A stretch of DNA of 64,000 nt, from positions 3,596,001 to 3,660,000 of the forward strand of contig JAYWIR010000010.1 of assembly GCA_036172245.1 (NCBI GenBank). The letters are read 5' to 3'. The position numbers and the translations under genes were made by a program. This document shows positions 12,900 to 26,299 of this stretch, in pieces. Within the stretch, counting starts at the first letter, position 1. Each line of letters opens with the position of its first letter. The notes below the pieces were generated by a model that had not been told where the DNA came from, did no database searches, and saw nothing but the letters and a program-made list of their open reading frames with translations. This DNA comes from Raillietiella orientalis (lineage: Eukaryota).

Positions 12900-14460
12900 A
12901 GAGAAGTTTCCGAAGATGCTACGCAGGACGCAGCAGATGGCAACACGGTGTTCCGAGTCGTTACTTGGAAGCAGCTGATTCCACTCTTACGTTGTTTTCC
13001 AGGTATGCTATGTTTCTTTTGAAGCAGCTGGAAATCAAATGGTCCTTTGAAGGTTCTTTTAGAATGTCGAGTAGATAGGTTACATCGCCATCTGGTGCGG
13101 TTCTCTGAGCCATACTTCCTCCGACGAAGCATCTTATCTTGGCAATGATGAGAAGAACGGTTCCAAGTTGTGTTTCGAGTCAGCCTCCGTGGTTTTCTCG
13201 ATGTAGGACTGGATCATCTTCATCTCTTCATCTCCTTTCCATTATTCAAATGAAGTGCGGGGGATCGTAGACACTTGAAGAGACGATTAGTTACCTCCTA
13301 GAAGAAGAAAAGGTGATGTTATTTTGCTACAGTTTGAAAAAGGAAGCACTACAGGCGTGAAAGGATTTTGTATGGTACTTTGGCAAGACCTTCTAACGAA
13401 AGAAGAGCATTTGGTCATTTTAAAGGATACACATGAAGACGGAGGGGAACATCGTGGAAGCGTTCCATAGGGAAATTTCTCTCGCATTTTCCCGTGATCG
13501 TCTTGCAGATCTGGGAAACATTGCATAGGAGGGTTCTTGGTTGCGGAATCAGGCTGGACTTATGGGGCTGCCGCCGGCGCACGGCTCCTTCCCAGGTAAA
13601 GAAGTTTTAGCAGTCGGCTCTCCCTGATGGGTCCAGTTTTTCCAAATTCGAAGGAAGAAAGAAAGGCAGCATGACAAACCTGACCCATATCCAGTGCTTT
13701 CTGAGGAATGATGAGGAAAAACACACACACAACCATACACCCAACTTTTTAAGGGGGTTTTGGACAGGCAGAGGAGACAAAACGCCTGACTGAGGTGACA
13801 GGCTAAAAGAGAGACGACGTAAATGCCACGTGGTCCATTCTAAAAGGCAAATTCGAGAGAGAATAACATACGGGCCAAGCAGAAATCTCCCACAGGGTTG
13901 AATCAGCAGCCGTCGCAAATGTGAAAGGAACACATCTCCCTAGTTCTGTAAGAGGGCACAGTCCACACTGTGAACTACGATCCTGTTCGCACGAAATCAA
14001 TTCCACCTATAGTAGCTAAAGATCAGTCGAGTACAGGTTCGAATAAATAAATTCCACTGAAAACACACGGAATGAAGAGGAGTAGTGGTAGGCGATCACC
14101 AAGCTGAAAACGAGGCTGACCGCGGGCGTCCCTTCCTGGATGAAGGCCAAGGACGAAGAGAAGACGGAGCCGTGAGGAGGCGTTGGGTTTCTTCCATAGC
14201 CGTAGCATCAATAAAGCCAGGAGTAGACGCAGAAAAAAAAAAAAAAAATCATTATCATCAACAGAACATCTTATCTGCAGTGTGGGGAAGGAAGATAAGG
14301 TGGCGTCCTTATTGTTTTGAAGACCTTTAAGCTGTTTACTTTGATCCAGTGAGGTGAACAAGCACCCCCAATAAAGAATGCGGTCTGAGGTGACTGAGCC
14401 AACGAAATATTTGTCCTTGGCTTGTGCAGCACTGTCTGATAAGGTCTTCCTTTATGCAAC
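12900..14460 (-). mobile_element. Very degenerate Ty3/gypsy pol remnant
   Basis: Scattered motifs in pol order: 'FSYYRW' (YYRRF-like), 'PFTFATAADS' (RNase H TDAS-like), 'DEEMKMIQSYIEK..LEPFF', 'EWNQLLP'. Confidence 0.3.
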
Positions 14461-16620
14461 CTTCCCCATCAATCTCTCTCGTAAGCTTCCATATCGACTC
14501 TTCCGTAGCTCAAGTCATTTTTAATCTGTCCCTCATTTGAGCTTTATTACAGGATCGATTTCATTATCCTACGAGGCCGGACTGCTTCAGGAAGCAATGT
14601 CTTTTTAATTGATGCATAAAGGCTCTTTCAGCAGCCTCCATGAATTACCCGGCACAGGATGGCTTTCCTCTCTAAACTGAAAAAGGCACGACTATAGTCT
14701 GAACGAATGCCAAGCATTTCGCGCTGTGTTCTTGTGACATTTGAAGGACCACAAGATGAGAAATACCTATGGGATTAAGGATTTCTTAGCTTAATGATTT
14801 TCGGCAGCCGAGTTCAGCAACTCTCATAAAATGCCAACCCTGCCTCGTCTGGGGCATTTTCACTGCAAGGGAAGCTGTGGAATAGATTCCCATGGTCCGG
14901 TTAGCTGACGATGTAGAGAGAGGAGATTTCAGACTGAGCAAATCTCAAAATGGAAGGTCCGCTTGGGGCACTGTCGGTAGGGCTGCTGCATTGCTGAAAG
15001 GCATGCAGCACCCCTGTCCGACAGTGCTCTTTCTCTATTCTACGCTCAAGCGCACTGATGCGAGCATTGCGAGTGTATCAGAGCTCCGTTAGAAGGTGTG
15101 CAAAGGTACACGGGCACCGCTGACCTTTTTGACGTCTTCCTGCCCGCATTCAGAGTCCCAGCTCTACGTTGACTTCGCTCAATTCTGCACTGGGCATAAA
15201 ATCCCTACAAGGTGAACGTGCTGGATTCTAGTGCTTGGTCGGAACGCTGCTAGTGGTCATCGCTTGTCACCTGACTACTCCACGGCGTTTGTTTCCAATG
15301 AAAGATGCAAAGAAAACTTTGCTCTTGCAGATTGCATGCAGATAAGAAGGAAATGCTGACACGCAGGTCAGCTTTGCAATCAGATTTTTCCAACAATAAA
15401 TGATTAAACATGTTAATAAATAATTCTAAAGCCAGAGAGATCTAGAAATCCTTAGTGCAATGCATCTGTTACCAGGAGTCAAGCTTTTGTTTTGCGCTGA
15501 AAGGGACAACGGGAAAAATTAGAGAAGATGAAAAGGCATGTGCTTTGGCAGCTCCATTGGCCCGCTGCTACCAGGAAATAAGGCAGGTCCGCATGTCTTC
15601 AGTGTCCTTGTGCCTTCTATAGAAGATTTAATGATGGGAAGAGTGGAGATGAGAACACAAGCAATAGGGACCTGAAGTAGACAACGAAAATGTCTCAACG
15701 ATCTGAAAGGCTATGTCTGAAAACGAACAAATATCCAACTGAGAAACTGGATCAAACATCCAACCTAAGAAATCATAAATCTTCATCGGAAACAGAAGTC
15801 GCTGGAAAAGTACAGGAAGGAGAAAAGGAAGGAACCATCTTATTCTCTTTCAGCTCCCTAAACGCTCTTTGTTATCTTATTCAGTAGCACGAACTTACAA
15901 GGCTAGGAGAATGGAATATCGCCATGGTGATTCAAAATGCAATAAGTACCTTGAACTATAGCGTTTCAAGACACCACTGCAAGATACCAACCGAATCTGT
16001 GCTTCTTGTTTAAGAAATCTTACGAGCATCTATCGTGGAAAATTAAAAAATGATTTGGTGAGCTCACTACTGCTGCATCCACTTGAAGCATCTTGCACTT
16101 CATCCAAGTATACAATTCATTGGATGCTTGGTCGTCTTTTTACCAAAGTAGCTGTGTCCTCATGCTGTCCATCAGTGTCCAGTTAAGAGTTTAATTCTTC
16201 CTAGTGAGAGTGACATTCAGCGTCGTCTTCTATGTGACCATGTCACTTTTTTCTCTTTTTTGAAAAAAAGAAGAAAGCATCATTCGTGAACAATTGTTTT
16301 TATTTCATTTTAGCTCATACAAAGAAAGCATCATTTGTGAAAGTATCCCGTTTGAACAATTGTTTTTATTTCATTTTAGCTCATCGTAATTTGCAGCATC
16401 CGGTTCAGCTGTATCCACATTCACACTCATTGATGTCTGAAAAGTACTGGTTGAGATCGTTCTCTTTCTGAGATGCAGCACAATCTCTGCAAGGTAATCC
16501 TTCAAGAAAAGCAGGCATCATGACGCTTTGAACAGTTCTTTGAAAGCAGCTGCAACTGTGCTCATAGGTCCATGCTACAAACTTTTCTGGAACTGAGATG
16601 TGTGCTCTTTTCAGCTCTCG

Positions 16621-16812
16621 TCAGATTGAGAACAGCAGGGTCGAGTGATTTGAGGACATCGAAGGATAACGAGTGAATTTCAGACGCTCTCTCTTTAGCA
16701 AGACGTAAATAAAGGGGTTGATGACGAAATGAAGGGCAACGAAGAAATCTCCAATCTGATATATAATCAGTTCTTCTGAGAATTTTTTGCTCTGGGCTAC
16801 TATTATGGTTGT
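16621..16812 (-). CDS. GPCR coding exon 4 (TM7, C-tail, stop)
   Basis: Acceptor ttttcag, 'TTIIVAQ..IGDFFVALHFVINPFIYVLLKR..SI*'. Confidence 0.88.
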   Translation of the reverse strand, partial: TTIIVAQSKKFSEELIIYQIGDFFVALHFVINPFIYVLLKRERLKFTRYPSMSSNHSTLLFSI

Positions 16813-19800
16813 CTGAAACAAATTAACAAACATTACCGGGAGTGAAGAGAAATCACACGTTCATGAAGAGGATTCGAAAATGATCATGGATCAGTGTACC
16901 AAATTAAATTTGTTACTGTGCTTTTCCAAAACTAGAAGTTTCATCAACGACCACCAACTGCATTTTTTTTTTTTTAATCAGTAAAGACTTCTCCGATCAA
17001 ACAAGAAAAAAAGAGGAGATTAATTTTAACAAAAAACGAACAAACAAACGAAGTTGATCTTTGTAGGTCAGAGATGACTTCGAGATTCGAAGACTCAAGA
17101 GAAAGGTAGACAGTTTCAAAAAATGACGGATGAAGCAGAAGAAACTCACCATTTGTGGTAGCCAACATATCAGATATAATAAGGACAATATGCCCATCAT
17201 CCTGGCAAAGACAACGTCTTGCTTATACAGATTGCCTTTGTGGACTGTCACTGCTGTTTGGCGAACACAGTTCTTTCTTGTTTGGTAGAGTATCTGCATG
17301 ACCTTTATGTTTGAAGTCACCATGAGTACACAGATCGAACAACCTAACACGTTGTGAGGAGGCATGCGTTAAGCATCAAAATTGCTTTCATTTTGTACTT
17401 GAAGCAATAACAGAGAAATGAACACATTGGGCACAGTGAACACAAATGAACAAATGTGTTCATTTCTCTGTTATTGCTCATCAATGTCAACTCATCTAGA
17501 AAGCAGACTTTCTTTTAGTTGTTTGAGAAGAGCAAAAAATACGGAGACAGAAATGCCGTGTTTCTAGAACGTTTCTAAATTAATGGGTAGTCCAACAAAA
17601 CTTGCACCTTTAGCCATGATTCACTCTTTCACATGTGAACAAACATACGCATTCAGATGTTATATTATTATATATTGTCAGGGGCCTCTTTCAGCTTGAA
17701 AATATGCTGACTGATCAACGGAAAAAGTCTGTCCAACACCAAGAGAAGAATACAACCTATCGTAACAACATGAGCTTAGTTTAGAAAGGGAAAGGAGGAT
17801 ATGAATTATTTTACAGAGTACGTGCATGACCTGATGTGGGAATGAAACAAGTAGTGAGAAATCTAGCGTAGGTTAATACCGGTTACAAGGAAAACGTCGA
17901 CTCACATAAGATTTTCACGTATTGAAGATGGTTTACTAGGGAAATGAGATTTTGCCTCCGGCTTTATTTTGTCAAGATCTAAGACACGTGGACGAGAACG
18001 ATCCCGCACAGACCACCTCCCCTGTAAGAAAGAGAAAGGGACGCTTTTCCACGTAGGACTAACATGTCAAAGATACATAGGTTGAACTCTGGATATAGTT
18101 ATGAATAATAGCAGTTTAGATTTTCACACTGGCTACTGTTTCTGGTTTTACATCATTTTCATTACTGTATATAAACGCCTTTTTTTTTTTTTTTAGTCGA
18201 TAAGTAATGTTTAGTTTGGGCTTTGACGACAATTTTAACCCCGTTGAGCTCTATGGACGCATCTCGTGTTTAGCAAATGCTTTTGCCTTGTCCACGCGAC
18301 ACGTGTTAACACTATCCATGTTTGAGATGGACACATGCACTTACGCTCTTATAATTCAGTCCCTTGGCAACGACAGTAAACAAAATTCTATTTATATCGG
18401 CTGACTGTTGTCGGTGTTTCTCGGTATGGCATGTGATTTATCATACCGTTTACCATCTTTGTGATATCTTGAAAATGTGAATCAGTTATTGGTTTATTCG
18501 AATTGTAATTTTTATATAAATAATATATGTTTGGGGAAAGTGAAAATATTTTATTTAATGTGGCGTAAATGAACAATTACAATAGTAACTTCATGTTAGT
18601 CAGTCTGCACCTCGACGGAGCACGCGGTACGCGAAAAAGCCTTCCGTCCAACCGCGACTCGCGTGCCGTCAACACGGAAGGTCAAAATCTGATGAGTCCC
18701 TCACCCAAAGGGTTAATTAACTAAGGAGATCAGCTTAAAAGCTGATCGTCCTTGAGTCTTGCTTAGTACGAGCTAGCATGAGTGTTAAATTAATGGAAAC
18801 ATATTCTATATCTGAAGGACAAGTATGGACTTTGCAAATAATTTTCACATAAAAGTGAGCTGTGACAAGAGACAATTAGGTGCTTCTAGGAAGCGAAGTC
18901 TTTGATTAGGAAGGGATGAACATCACTAGAGTCAAGTTTTTCAATTGCCAAAAATCCGTGACAGGCATGCCGCGTGTCTTTTTTTTGTGACGTTGGCTTA
19001 ATTGTTTTGGGGAAGATCAAGTTCGTTAACAAAAAATATATCATCAAACCCAAGACGCAGATTGAGAGAAGGATAAGGGTGAACTACTACAGAACTACAG
19101 AAGGACAAGTTTATTCTATCTGAATTCGAACAGGATTTCAATTGCGACTTTCTTGGAGGAGAGTAAGTTGGACACTGGAGTGTCGAGCAGGACCTCGAGC
19201 ACAAATTGCTGCGGGGCTGTCACGACGAAATTAGCAGACTCGAAAATGGATGGAGTGTGTACCTACACAGAGGATCGGTCGACTGTTTTGTGTCACGATG
19301 CTAATGAGCAGTTGGTGTTGCAGATCGCATACACAAGTTCATTTGGGGCCCACACTCTAGAAAAATATCTCTAGTCAAAACCTCCAGCGTGTGTGTTTTG
19401 TTTCCCTTTCAAAGCTCCAAACAGTTTGAAAGAAAGTTGGAAAATAGGTTGTGGAACCGAGTCAGCTAACTATAGGGTTTCACTATCGCTGCAGGGATGA
19501 TTTCATAATTATGGATCTAGTGGGTGAGTGAGCTGAGTTGTAATTAGTAGGAAGAGAGATACAAACTAAGTATTCATAGGATATCATTCGTGACTTTAAG
19601 ATCATGACTGTGAACGATGAAGTCTGTTGGAAAACAGTAAGCTGCACCTTGATCCTGCTATGTCATCAAAATAGTCGGCCATTTAATAAGTGCTTCGTGA
19701 TGTTCAATTTGAAACTCCTGTGAAAGTGCAATCAGGAATGTGGATGACATGATGTGTTTCCACCTGTCAATGTTTGGGCTGTTGAAACATCAAGGCGTCG

Positions 19801-22800
19801 GCGAAGACAACGACTGAAGCTTCGTGGTGTGCAGATTGTGAGGGAAATGACGTACCCTGAGAACCAGAGGGAGAAATCCCTAAAAACAACATGCTTTTTA
19901 AGGAATGTTCAAACCAATATGAACCTGCGACCTCAACAATGGAAGATTTGTCTTCTGCTGACGGGGGTATCCCACACGACTGGAGTCTCGGAGACAGAAT
20001 CATCATCATCTTTAAGATGCTCTAAATTCCTCTAGTGTGAAAGGGCCGGAAGATAGGAACAGTTCTTTTGATTGCAAACATGACATGCCAGTGGAGCAAA
20101 GGCCTGGAGATTTGAGATTTCACATGTGTATCACATGTGATACCGGTTGTAAGAAAATTTTGGATAGAATTTGGAGACAGAAGGTCTCCTTGGGGACTGG
20201 GTTAGTGGAACGTGTTAGTGATGGCGTTTTAGCTCGCTTTTTTTTTAGCACAAGCTCGTTGAAAGGAATGAAGTGGAGTATAAAGTGGTTCCAGAAAGGG
20301 TAATAAGGAAAATGTGGACGCTCATGCCAGAGACTTGGGCTCACATAGGGAGGGAGAAAGTGAACCGAGTTGATGCTATTGAGTGGAAAAGGAGGAAGGA
20401 CGGAAAATATATGGCATTTGGAGCATAAATAAGGAACAGAAAGTTTAGGTCTATGGGCACAGCGCCTTCTGGGCTCAGAAGGCCTCTTATACAGCATGAA
20501 GGTTTCTTATCAATGAGGTATGCGACAGAGAATAGAATGGACACTGGGAGTCGAGGAAGGGATGAACGATCTTTAGTAGGTTTTGCAGAACAGATCTGCA
20601 ATTCGCATTATGGTTTACTTTTCACCCAGAAAAATCCCATGGGGGACTTTCCACGAGTGTGAAAATTTCAAAGACATTTCTGGGTGGACCAGAATCGGTT
20701 CTTCATGCGATTCTGTTGAGGGTGTTCGTGCGTTTGTCAATGTCTGAGTATAGGTGTGTAATTTGCGGAAAGATGCTTAGACCGATCGTTTATGAATAGA
20801 TGAGGGGTTGCGAAGACTGAAGTTTTTCGTTGAGTTCTATGGAGAGTGTCGCGATGGTGAGGTTCGTTCCGATCAGTTCTTGCACAAGCAAAAGCGCTCC
20901 CTGCCTTTGACTAAGGAGATTAACATGCTAATGGAAGCGCAAGGGAGATAATCACCAGCTGACAGGGATACAGGGAAGCTCAGAGGATGTTGCATATCAG
21001 GTCGAAGTTATAAGAGTCAGCTTAACCTCCAGTAGTGCAGGATGCTGGAAGGAAATTCCTTAAGACGTCGACTGGAAAAAATAAAAATAAAGGATGCGTC
21101 CACTTCTCAAGATTTGGCATTGACCGTACTCCGATCAGTTTCTCACTGATTGGTGACTGATTTCTCGTACCTTCCGTATTCGTGAGCTAATTCGGGTTTT
21201 AAAGGATAACAAACTGACGATATTTTGAACACTGGCAATGCTCATGACAGTTTTCAAGACGACTGTCTTGTTTACGATTTATCTCGACGGATAAGATGCA
21301 CACGTAACTATTAACTCAGCCATTAGCCGCCGAATCGTTAACTCAGGAAGGATTTGCAGGAAATTATCTTTCTAAATTTCTACCTCGGGGGTTAGGGGGG
21401 GGGATTGCTACGAACTCTTGCTGCACTTAGGAAATAGTGGCCGGCTTGTCGGAGCTGGTTATCTGAATTCACCTCTAAACCCACTGGAGTCTTCCCACCA
21501 CTGGGTTTAGGGGTGTACGTACGGGCATCAAGGAATGGAAGTACACTACTTACCCCAGCTGAAGATGAAAAATGCGTATGCAATGTCCACAGGTTTTGTT
21601 GCAAATTTGTATCTCACACATCGTTTGGATAACGGTAGAGAAGCGTTGTAGTAAAGCCCAACACCGACAATTGGCATCGCGCAGGTAATTAAAGACACTG
21701 CCATGAGTGTGAAAGTTGCTATGCATATATTCCTGTTGCAGATGCGCTAGAAAGACAGTTCAGATTGAGATCAATTGGTTTTGCTCCTCGCTTAGCCAAT
21801 TTGCATCGCAGCAGCAGTACAACATTGCAGTATCAGAATCACAATCCGAATGTCTTTTCACCAGGACGAAAGCATTGAGTAGCCCATGCAGCAAAGTCGT
21901 AAATGAAGACCCCTTAAGAGAAGAAGAAAGAGTATGGACCATTTCGACAAGGAAAAAGCTTTACGCAACGCAGTGTACCCTTGATGGAATGAATCTCGGA
22001 TGCTTCCCATTCTAACCAGAGAAGTAACGGCAAGTAGGAAGCACGAAACTCCTTGCATTCCCATTCACTTCAGTCCCTCCATCCATTCACCCCCTCATCT
22101 TTCACTGCTTCTATGATAATTGCCTTCATCATCGAAAGTGCTCAAAGTCCATGACAATAATACACAAAGATTTGAAGGCGTTGCCAAAAGAAATAGCAAC
22201 ACGAGGTCTGCAGTGACGGCAAACCGCAGTGATCTGGCGGTGACGACAGTTTTCACGAAAAGTACTCTCTCTGAAATGTTTTGAAGCTTGTTCTAAGAAA
22301 AAGGAAAACGGCAATCGCTTCGAGCCAATGAGACAATTTAGCACGTGGAATAAGAGCCTTTCACGAAACATGCAATCTATGGGATGGGTCCCAACCAAGG
22401 TTCGATTCGGCCAGTCGGCAATTCAAAAAGGGTGAGAGTGGGTTCCAGTGTGCCAGAACACGGACATGGAAGCACGGCTACTGCAGATGACGCCTCTGAT
22501 GCAATAGTTGAGAACAGGATTTGAATAGTATTGCGTGATGCAACAAATGGAGCAATGATTATCATAATTAGAATACGCCTCGAGTTTGTTTCGGACTGGA
22601 AATTCTCTCTAAGATCTCAGCTTTTACCTTTTTTAGACAAAAAAACAAGTTCCCGTACAGTAAACGTACACCAAGAAGAGTAAAAGTATGCAGCAGATAA
22701 AAATCTACAGTGCAATGGCAAGGCACGGTAAAAGAGTGAAAGTATACGATAGAATAGTCAGCGGCGGAGGCGTGAAAATATGTGGTCGAAGGTGAAAGGG

Positions 22801-23819
22801 AAACTGAAACAAAATGCTTAAGCATTTTGTTTGAGTTTCCGATGAGGCGAAAGGAACCAATGAAACCCAAGCAATCATTTCCTTTCCTCCTCTGCAAAAT
22901 ATTCTTCACAATTCGTTCTGAATGACAGCATGGCGCACAGAATAACCAAGAAGAGGAAAGAGTTAATTTGAATCGGTTAAGCTCTGCCCTTTCCAAGAAC
23001 CATTACCTATACGAATAAGAGCTGCGCTCTTTGATCCTGGAGGGAGGTGATGAAGCTTAAAGTGAGGAGCTCTTTAAAAGCAGAGAAGACACCGAGGGAT
23101 TGGTGACTCTGGACTCCATCCTTGTTTAAACAAATAGACGTTGGCGCATCCAACTCTTCCTTAAACTGTCGAGACGCCTCTTGTCTCGTCAATCATAGGA
23201 GAAGGTGGGTGCGATAGACCCGAGAGGTTAAAAGCCTAGACATTGCCAGTCAAGTGAACAAAAAAAAAAATTCCCAGTGCAGCCCTGTAAAAGATTTCGC
23301 AAAGCTTTTGGGGAAGGGATGGAAGGCAACGGGAACCCTCGGAAGAACGCGAGTGGAATCTCCCTCGAAGAATAGCCTATCCCTAGGTTGCAGGGTCACT
23401 TGTTAAGCGAATAAGAAAGCAATATGAGTCTTTACTCTTTGATAGACGTAAGGCTGGGAGAACGTGACCCATCTCTCTACGGCCATCATGGCCACGATGC
23501 TTCCAGAGCACAAGCTGAAGCATCTGGTCAGCACATGGAACGAGCAGACAACTCTTGAGAAGGCAAACTCTCTCGAGAACAGCGTTGTAGAGCTCTTGAT
23601 GATCCAGTTTCCTGCCAAGGCAGCCGTGTCAACAACAGTAAGGCATTTCAACATGAAGACGCACTTGCTCGTTTTCTTCTTCTCGGTCTTCCAGAGAACG
23701 ATGAAGGCTGCCATGTTTCCCAGTATACCCACCAAGGAGTAGCACAGAGTGAAGATCTGGAAGAAGAATTTTTCGTGAGATAAGGATGCGAGGGATCGCC
23801 GTAGGAGTGTTGGGAGCAT
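16621..23819 (-). CDS. Rhodopsin-class GPCR, arthropod prostanoid (prostaglandin) receptor-like; join(23436-23819, 21554-21746, 17150-17343, 16621-16812), ~320 aa
   Basis: Four exons with GT/AG boundaries and compatible phases (0,1,0) give an open 963-nt CDS with seven hydrophobic segments: GILGN, LTVVD, MAVERW, MPIVGVGLY, CVRYKFA, CWLPQM, INPFIY. Start codon uncertain (an upstream exon is possible). Confidence 0.88.
17150..17343 (-). CDS. GPCR coding exon 3 (TM5-ICL3-TM6)
   Basis: Acceptor ttag (phase 1), '(G)CSICVLMVTSNIKVM..FARMMGILSLLYLICWLPQM', donor gtgagt. Confidence 0.88.
17403..17478. repeat. Perfect 26-bp inverted repeat, 24-nt spacer (GPCR intron 2)
   Basis: agcaataacagagaaatgaacacatt (17403-17428) / aatgtgttcatttctctgttattgct (17453-17478). 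Confidence 0.95.
19400..20700 (+). mobile_element. Possible very degenerate gypsy-like remnant in GPCR intron 2
   Basis: Weak motifs only: 'PVEQRPGDLRF' (PVxQRPRRLPF-like) and protease-end-like text near 19570-19610. Confidence 0.22.
21554..21746 (-). CDS. GPCR coding exon 2 (TM4-ECL2-TM5 start); not in the ORF track
   Basis: Acceptor tctttctag, 'RICNRNICIATFTLMAVSLITCAMPIVGVGLYYNASLPLSKRCVRYKFATKPVDIAYAFFIFSW(G)', donor gtaagt. Confidence 0.9.
23436..23819 (-). CDS. GPCR coding exon 1 (TM1-TM3)
   Basis: 'VGILGNMAAFIVL..MLKCLTVVDT..MMAVERWVTFSQPYVYQR' followed by donor gtaaag. Confidence 0.88.
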
Positions 23820-25183
23820 GCAAAAGATCTCAATCAGGAACTCATCCAAACGCTTCCTCTCAAGGGAAAGGAACAGAACTTGGATTCGAGAGCGACCCGC
23901 GGGATGCCTGAAGGGTCGCTTCTCCAAGAACAAGAATATGGAGTCCGTTTGTTTCCCGCAATGTCAAGGCCGCGAAATCTCTCTTGCGTGCAGGGAGTGA
24001 GAGAAAGCTCGTAAGTGTTCTTCCTGAGGGAATCCAAACTCTCTTTTCTCGCAACACGCCGGTGGGTGTGGGTTCAGTGGAGTTGGGTTCCTTAATGGAG
24101 CGAAAGAGCAATGAAGAAGGCTCTCCCTGGATTAAATGCTGATCATGAGCTTCCTGGATGTTCGATAAGGACTAGGAGTGAAACAGCATCAGACCCCATG
24201 TAGAGCCATTCACCAATATCCGAATGCATTCTTCTTCCACAGGCACCTCCGATTCCCGCCGGAAGGAAATGAGCGCTAGAATTACTTGCAACCCAACCAC
24301 TCCTTAAGACCCGGGGTACCTTGCAAGAGAACATGACCGGTCGCAAAGAATGTCAGTCTGGTGGGGGTCCCTCAGTTTCCCTCAACAGACTACAGTCGCT
24401 ACCGGAGGTTCCTCCAGGTTCCAAAACAGAATCCTTTCAAAGCGCGCGGGGCTGGACAAACTCTGCTCTTTCCTCCTGAAGGTGTCTTGCAAAGGAAGAT
24501 CTCGCAGTGTATCTGTGCCTCAAAGTTTGCAGGCCGGGCACCGTTGGCAATGCAGACGATGATGGCCATGGTCATCCATCATGCCACTCTTCGCACTACT
24601 GATCCACTCGAGAGGAACTTTTTCTCGCACCGGTTTTCAGAAACAGCTTGGTTGCCTGATTTTCCTGCTGCTCATTGGCTTCACTTCCGTTTCCGCAAGG
24701 GATACACACGCGTTGCTCGGGGAATGAGCTCCGGAGGATGGTTTTTCCACCTTCTCCTACGTCAAATAATCTATCTCCCAGAATGGGACCTTGCGCTCCC
24801 GACAGAAGTAACTGATCCAGAGGTGAAAACCGATCTTGACCATTTGGGACTCTGTTTTGATTAGCCTGCTCCTAAAAGAATAATCACCGGAACATCTTTG
24901 AAAGAAAAATCGGTATCTAGGGACGGAGGGAGGGAAGGATAGAAGTGGTGATGGCAAGGATTGGGCCAGACGAGATCAGTCTTACACGAGCGTAGAAAAA
25001 ATTTAGGGAAAGCGAATCCGGAGCTTCAGACCTGCGTTGTTTCAGACTGCCTCGAGATGATTTTCTCAAGTTGATTCTTCGAAAACCAGAGCAGCAACAA
25101 CAACAAAAAAAAAACTTCGAAATCCTCCCTAGCCCTCTTGGAACTGCATGACCGAAGTAGGGTGGCAACTGAAGAGTAGAATA

Positions 25184-26299
25184 CAGGCAGTTCTCGATTT
25201 ACGAACGAGTTCCTTTCCTAGAGGTCTGTCTTTTGTTATAGGTTTTTGTTCGTTGTGCCTCAAAACACCTAAATATGCACTTTTTTCGTACACGATGCGA
25301 TCCTATATGTTAGCAATCATTTTTACATATGAAAAGCTTTGTATTAAACATTGAATGTGTACGCTTTATTATAACGATACGCTACGAACGTAAAATGAAG
25401 TTGAAAAAAATACTAAGGGAAAATAATAGAAAATAGTTAATTTGAATTAAAAATATAAACAAATTCAAAACAAAAACACATTATGTACATACATAAAATA
25501 TGCATTCGACGTTCATTTGTCCATATTTGCATCAGTGTTCGTCAATGTCACTTTTCACACACGAGGTAGATCGTTGAACTTCTCTCGAAACGGCTGCAGC
25601 TAATTCTTCCACTCTTTTAAAGCAGCATTTGGCCGAAGACTGCACAGTTGGTTTCTGTTTTTCTTGAAAAATCTCATATAAGATTTCAGTGGTGATAAGA
25701 TTTCCCTGATAAGCGCCTCTTTTCACTTTCTCAATTCTCTACACATTCGAACCCAGTTCTTCAAACTTTGCCAGTTCCTCAGAAATTAACTCAAAAGCAA
25801 GCTGCAGCCATTTTCTGCGTCGTCAATGTTCTGGAAGAACGTGCAGCATCAAGTTCTTCTCACACTTCTGTGTTTCGATGCGCTTCTTTTGCTATTAATC
25901 CATCGGTTGTTCGTTCCTCAGAATGCGAGTCCAAACAGCTCTCTGACGTCAGCCGAGGCAAGGTCGAGTTCCACTTTGACCAGTCCAACAGTTTCTACAG
26001 TCACAGAGTCCACTGGTCCCTCCAGATCACTTAAACTGTTCACAAGGGCTGAGGACACAAGTTTTTCCATGCACCATTTCAGTTTGTTTCCTCCACATCC
26101 TATCGTATTAAGTAGGTAAGTTTAGGTATGAAGTAAGTAATTATTAAGTGGGCGAACATAATTGCGAGATTGCTGACGTCCTAAACTTACCTACTTAATA
26201 CATGTTGCAATTGTATTGCGTACGTTACTCAAATGAAAAAAAAAATCTTAAAATTGTGATGTTCGTTATAATGAATATTCATAAATCGAGAACTGCCAG
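25184..26299 (-). mobile_element. Internally deleted Tigger/pogo (Tc1/mariner superfamily) DNA transposon
   Basis: TIRs CAGGCAGTTCTCGATTTACGAA / revcomp CTGGCAGTTCTCGATTTATGAA, TA on the left flank. Minus strand has Tigger C-terminal text 'NGAWKNLCPQ', 'LDSHSEE', 'LYEIFQEKQKPTVQS'. Confidence 0.8.

Noticed and set aside
16271..16384. ~48-bp imperfect tandem duplication downstream of the GPCR stop
   Set aside because: Two AT-rich units only; consistent with a local slippage duplication.
18236..18717. Possible piggyBac MITE (TTAACCC...GGGTTAA) and a CTGATGAGTCCC hammerhead-like start
   Set aside because: Termini share little beyond CCC, and there is no GAAA to complete a hammerhead.
24300..24700. 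CR1/Jockey-like 3' remnant ('RNFFSHRF')
   Set aside because: A single weak motif; not enough to call.
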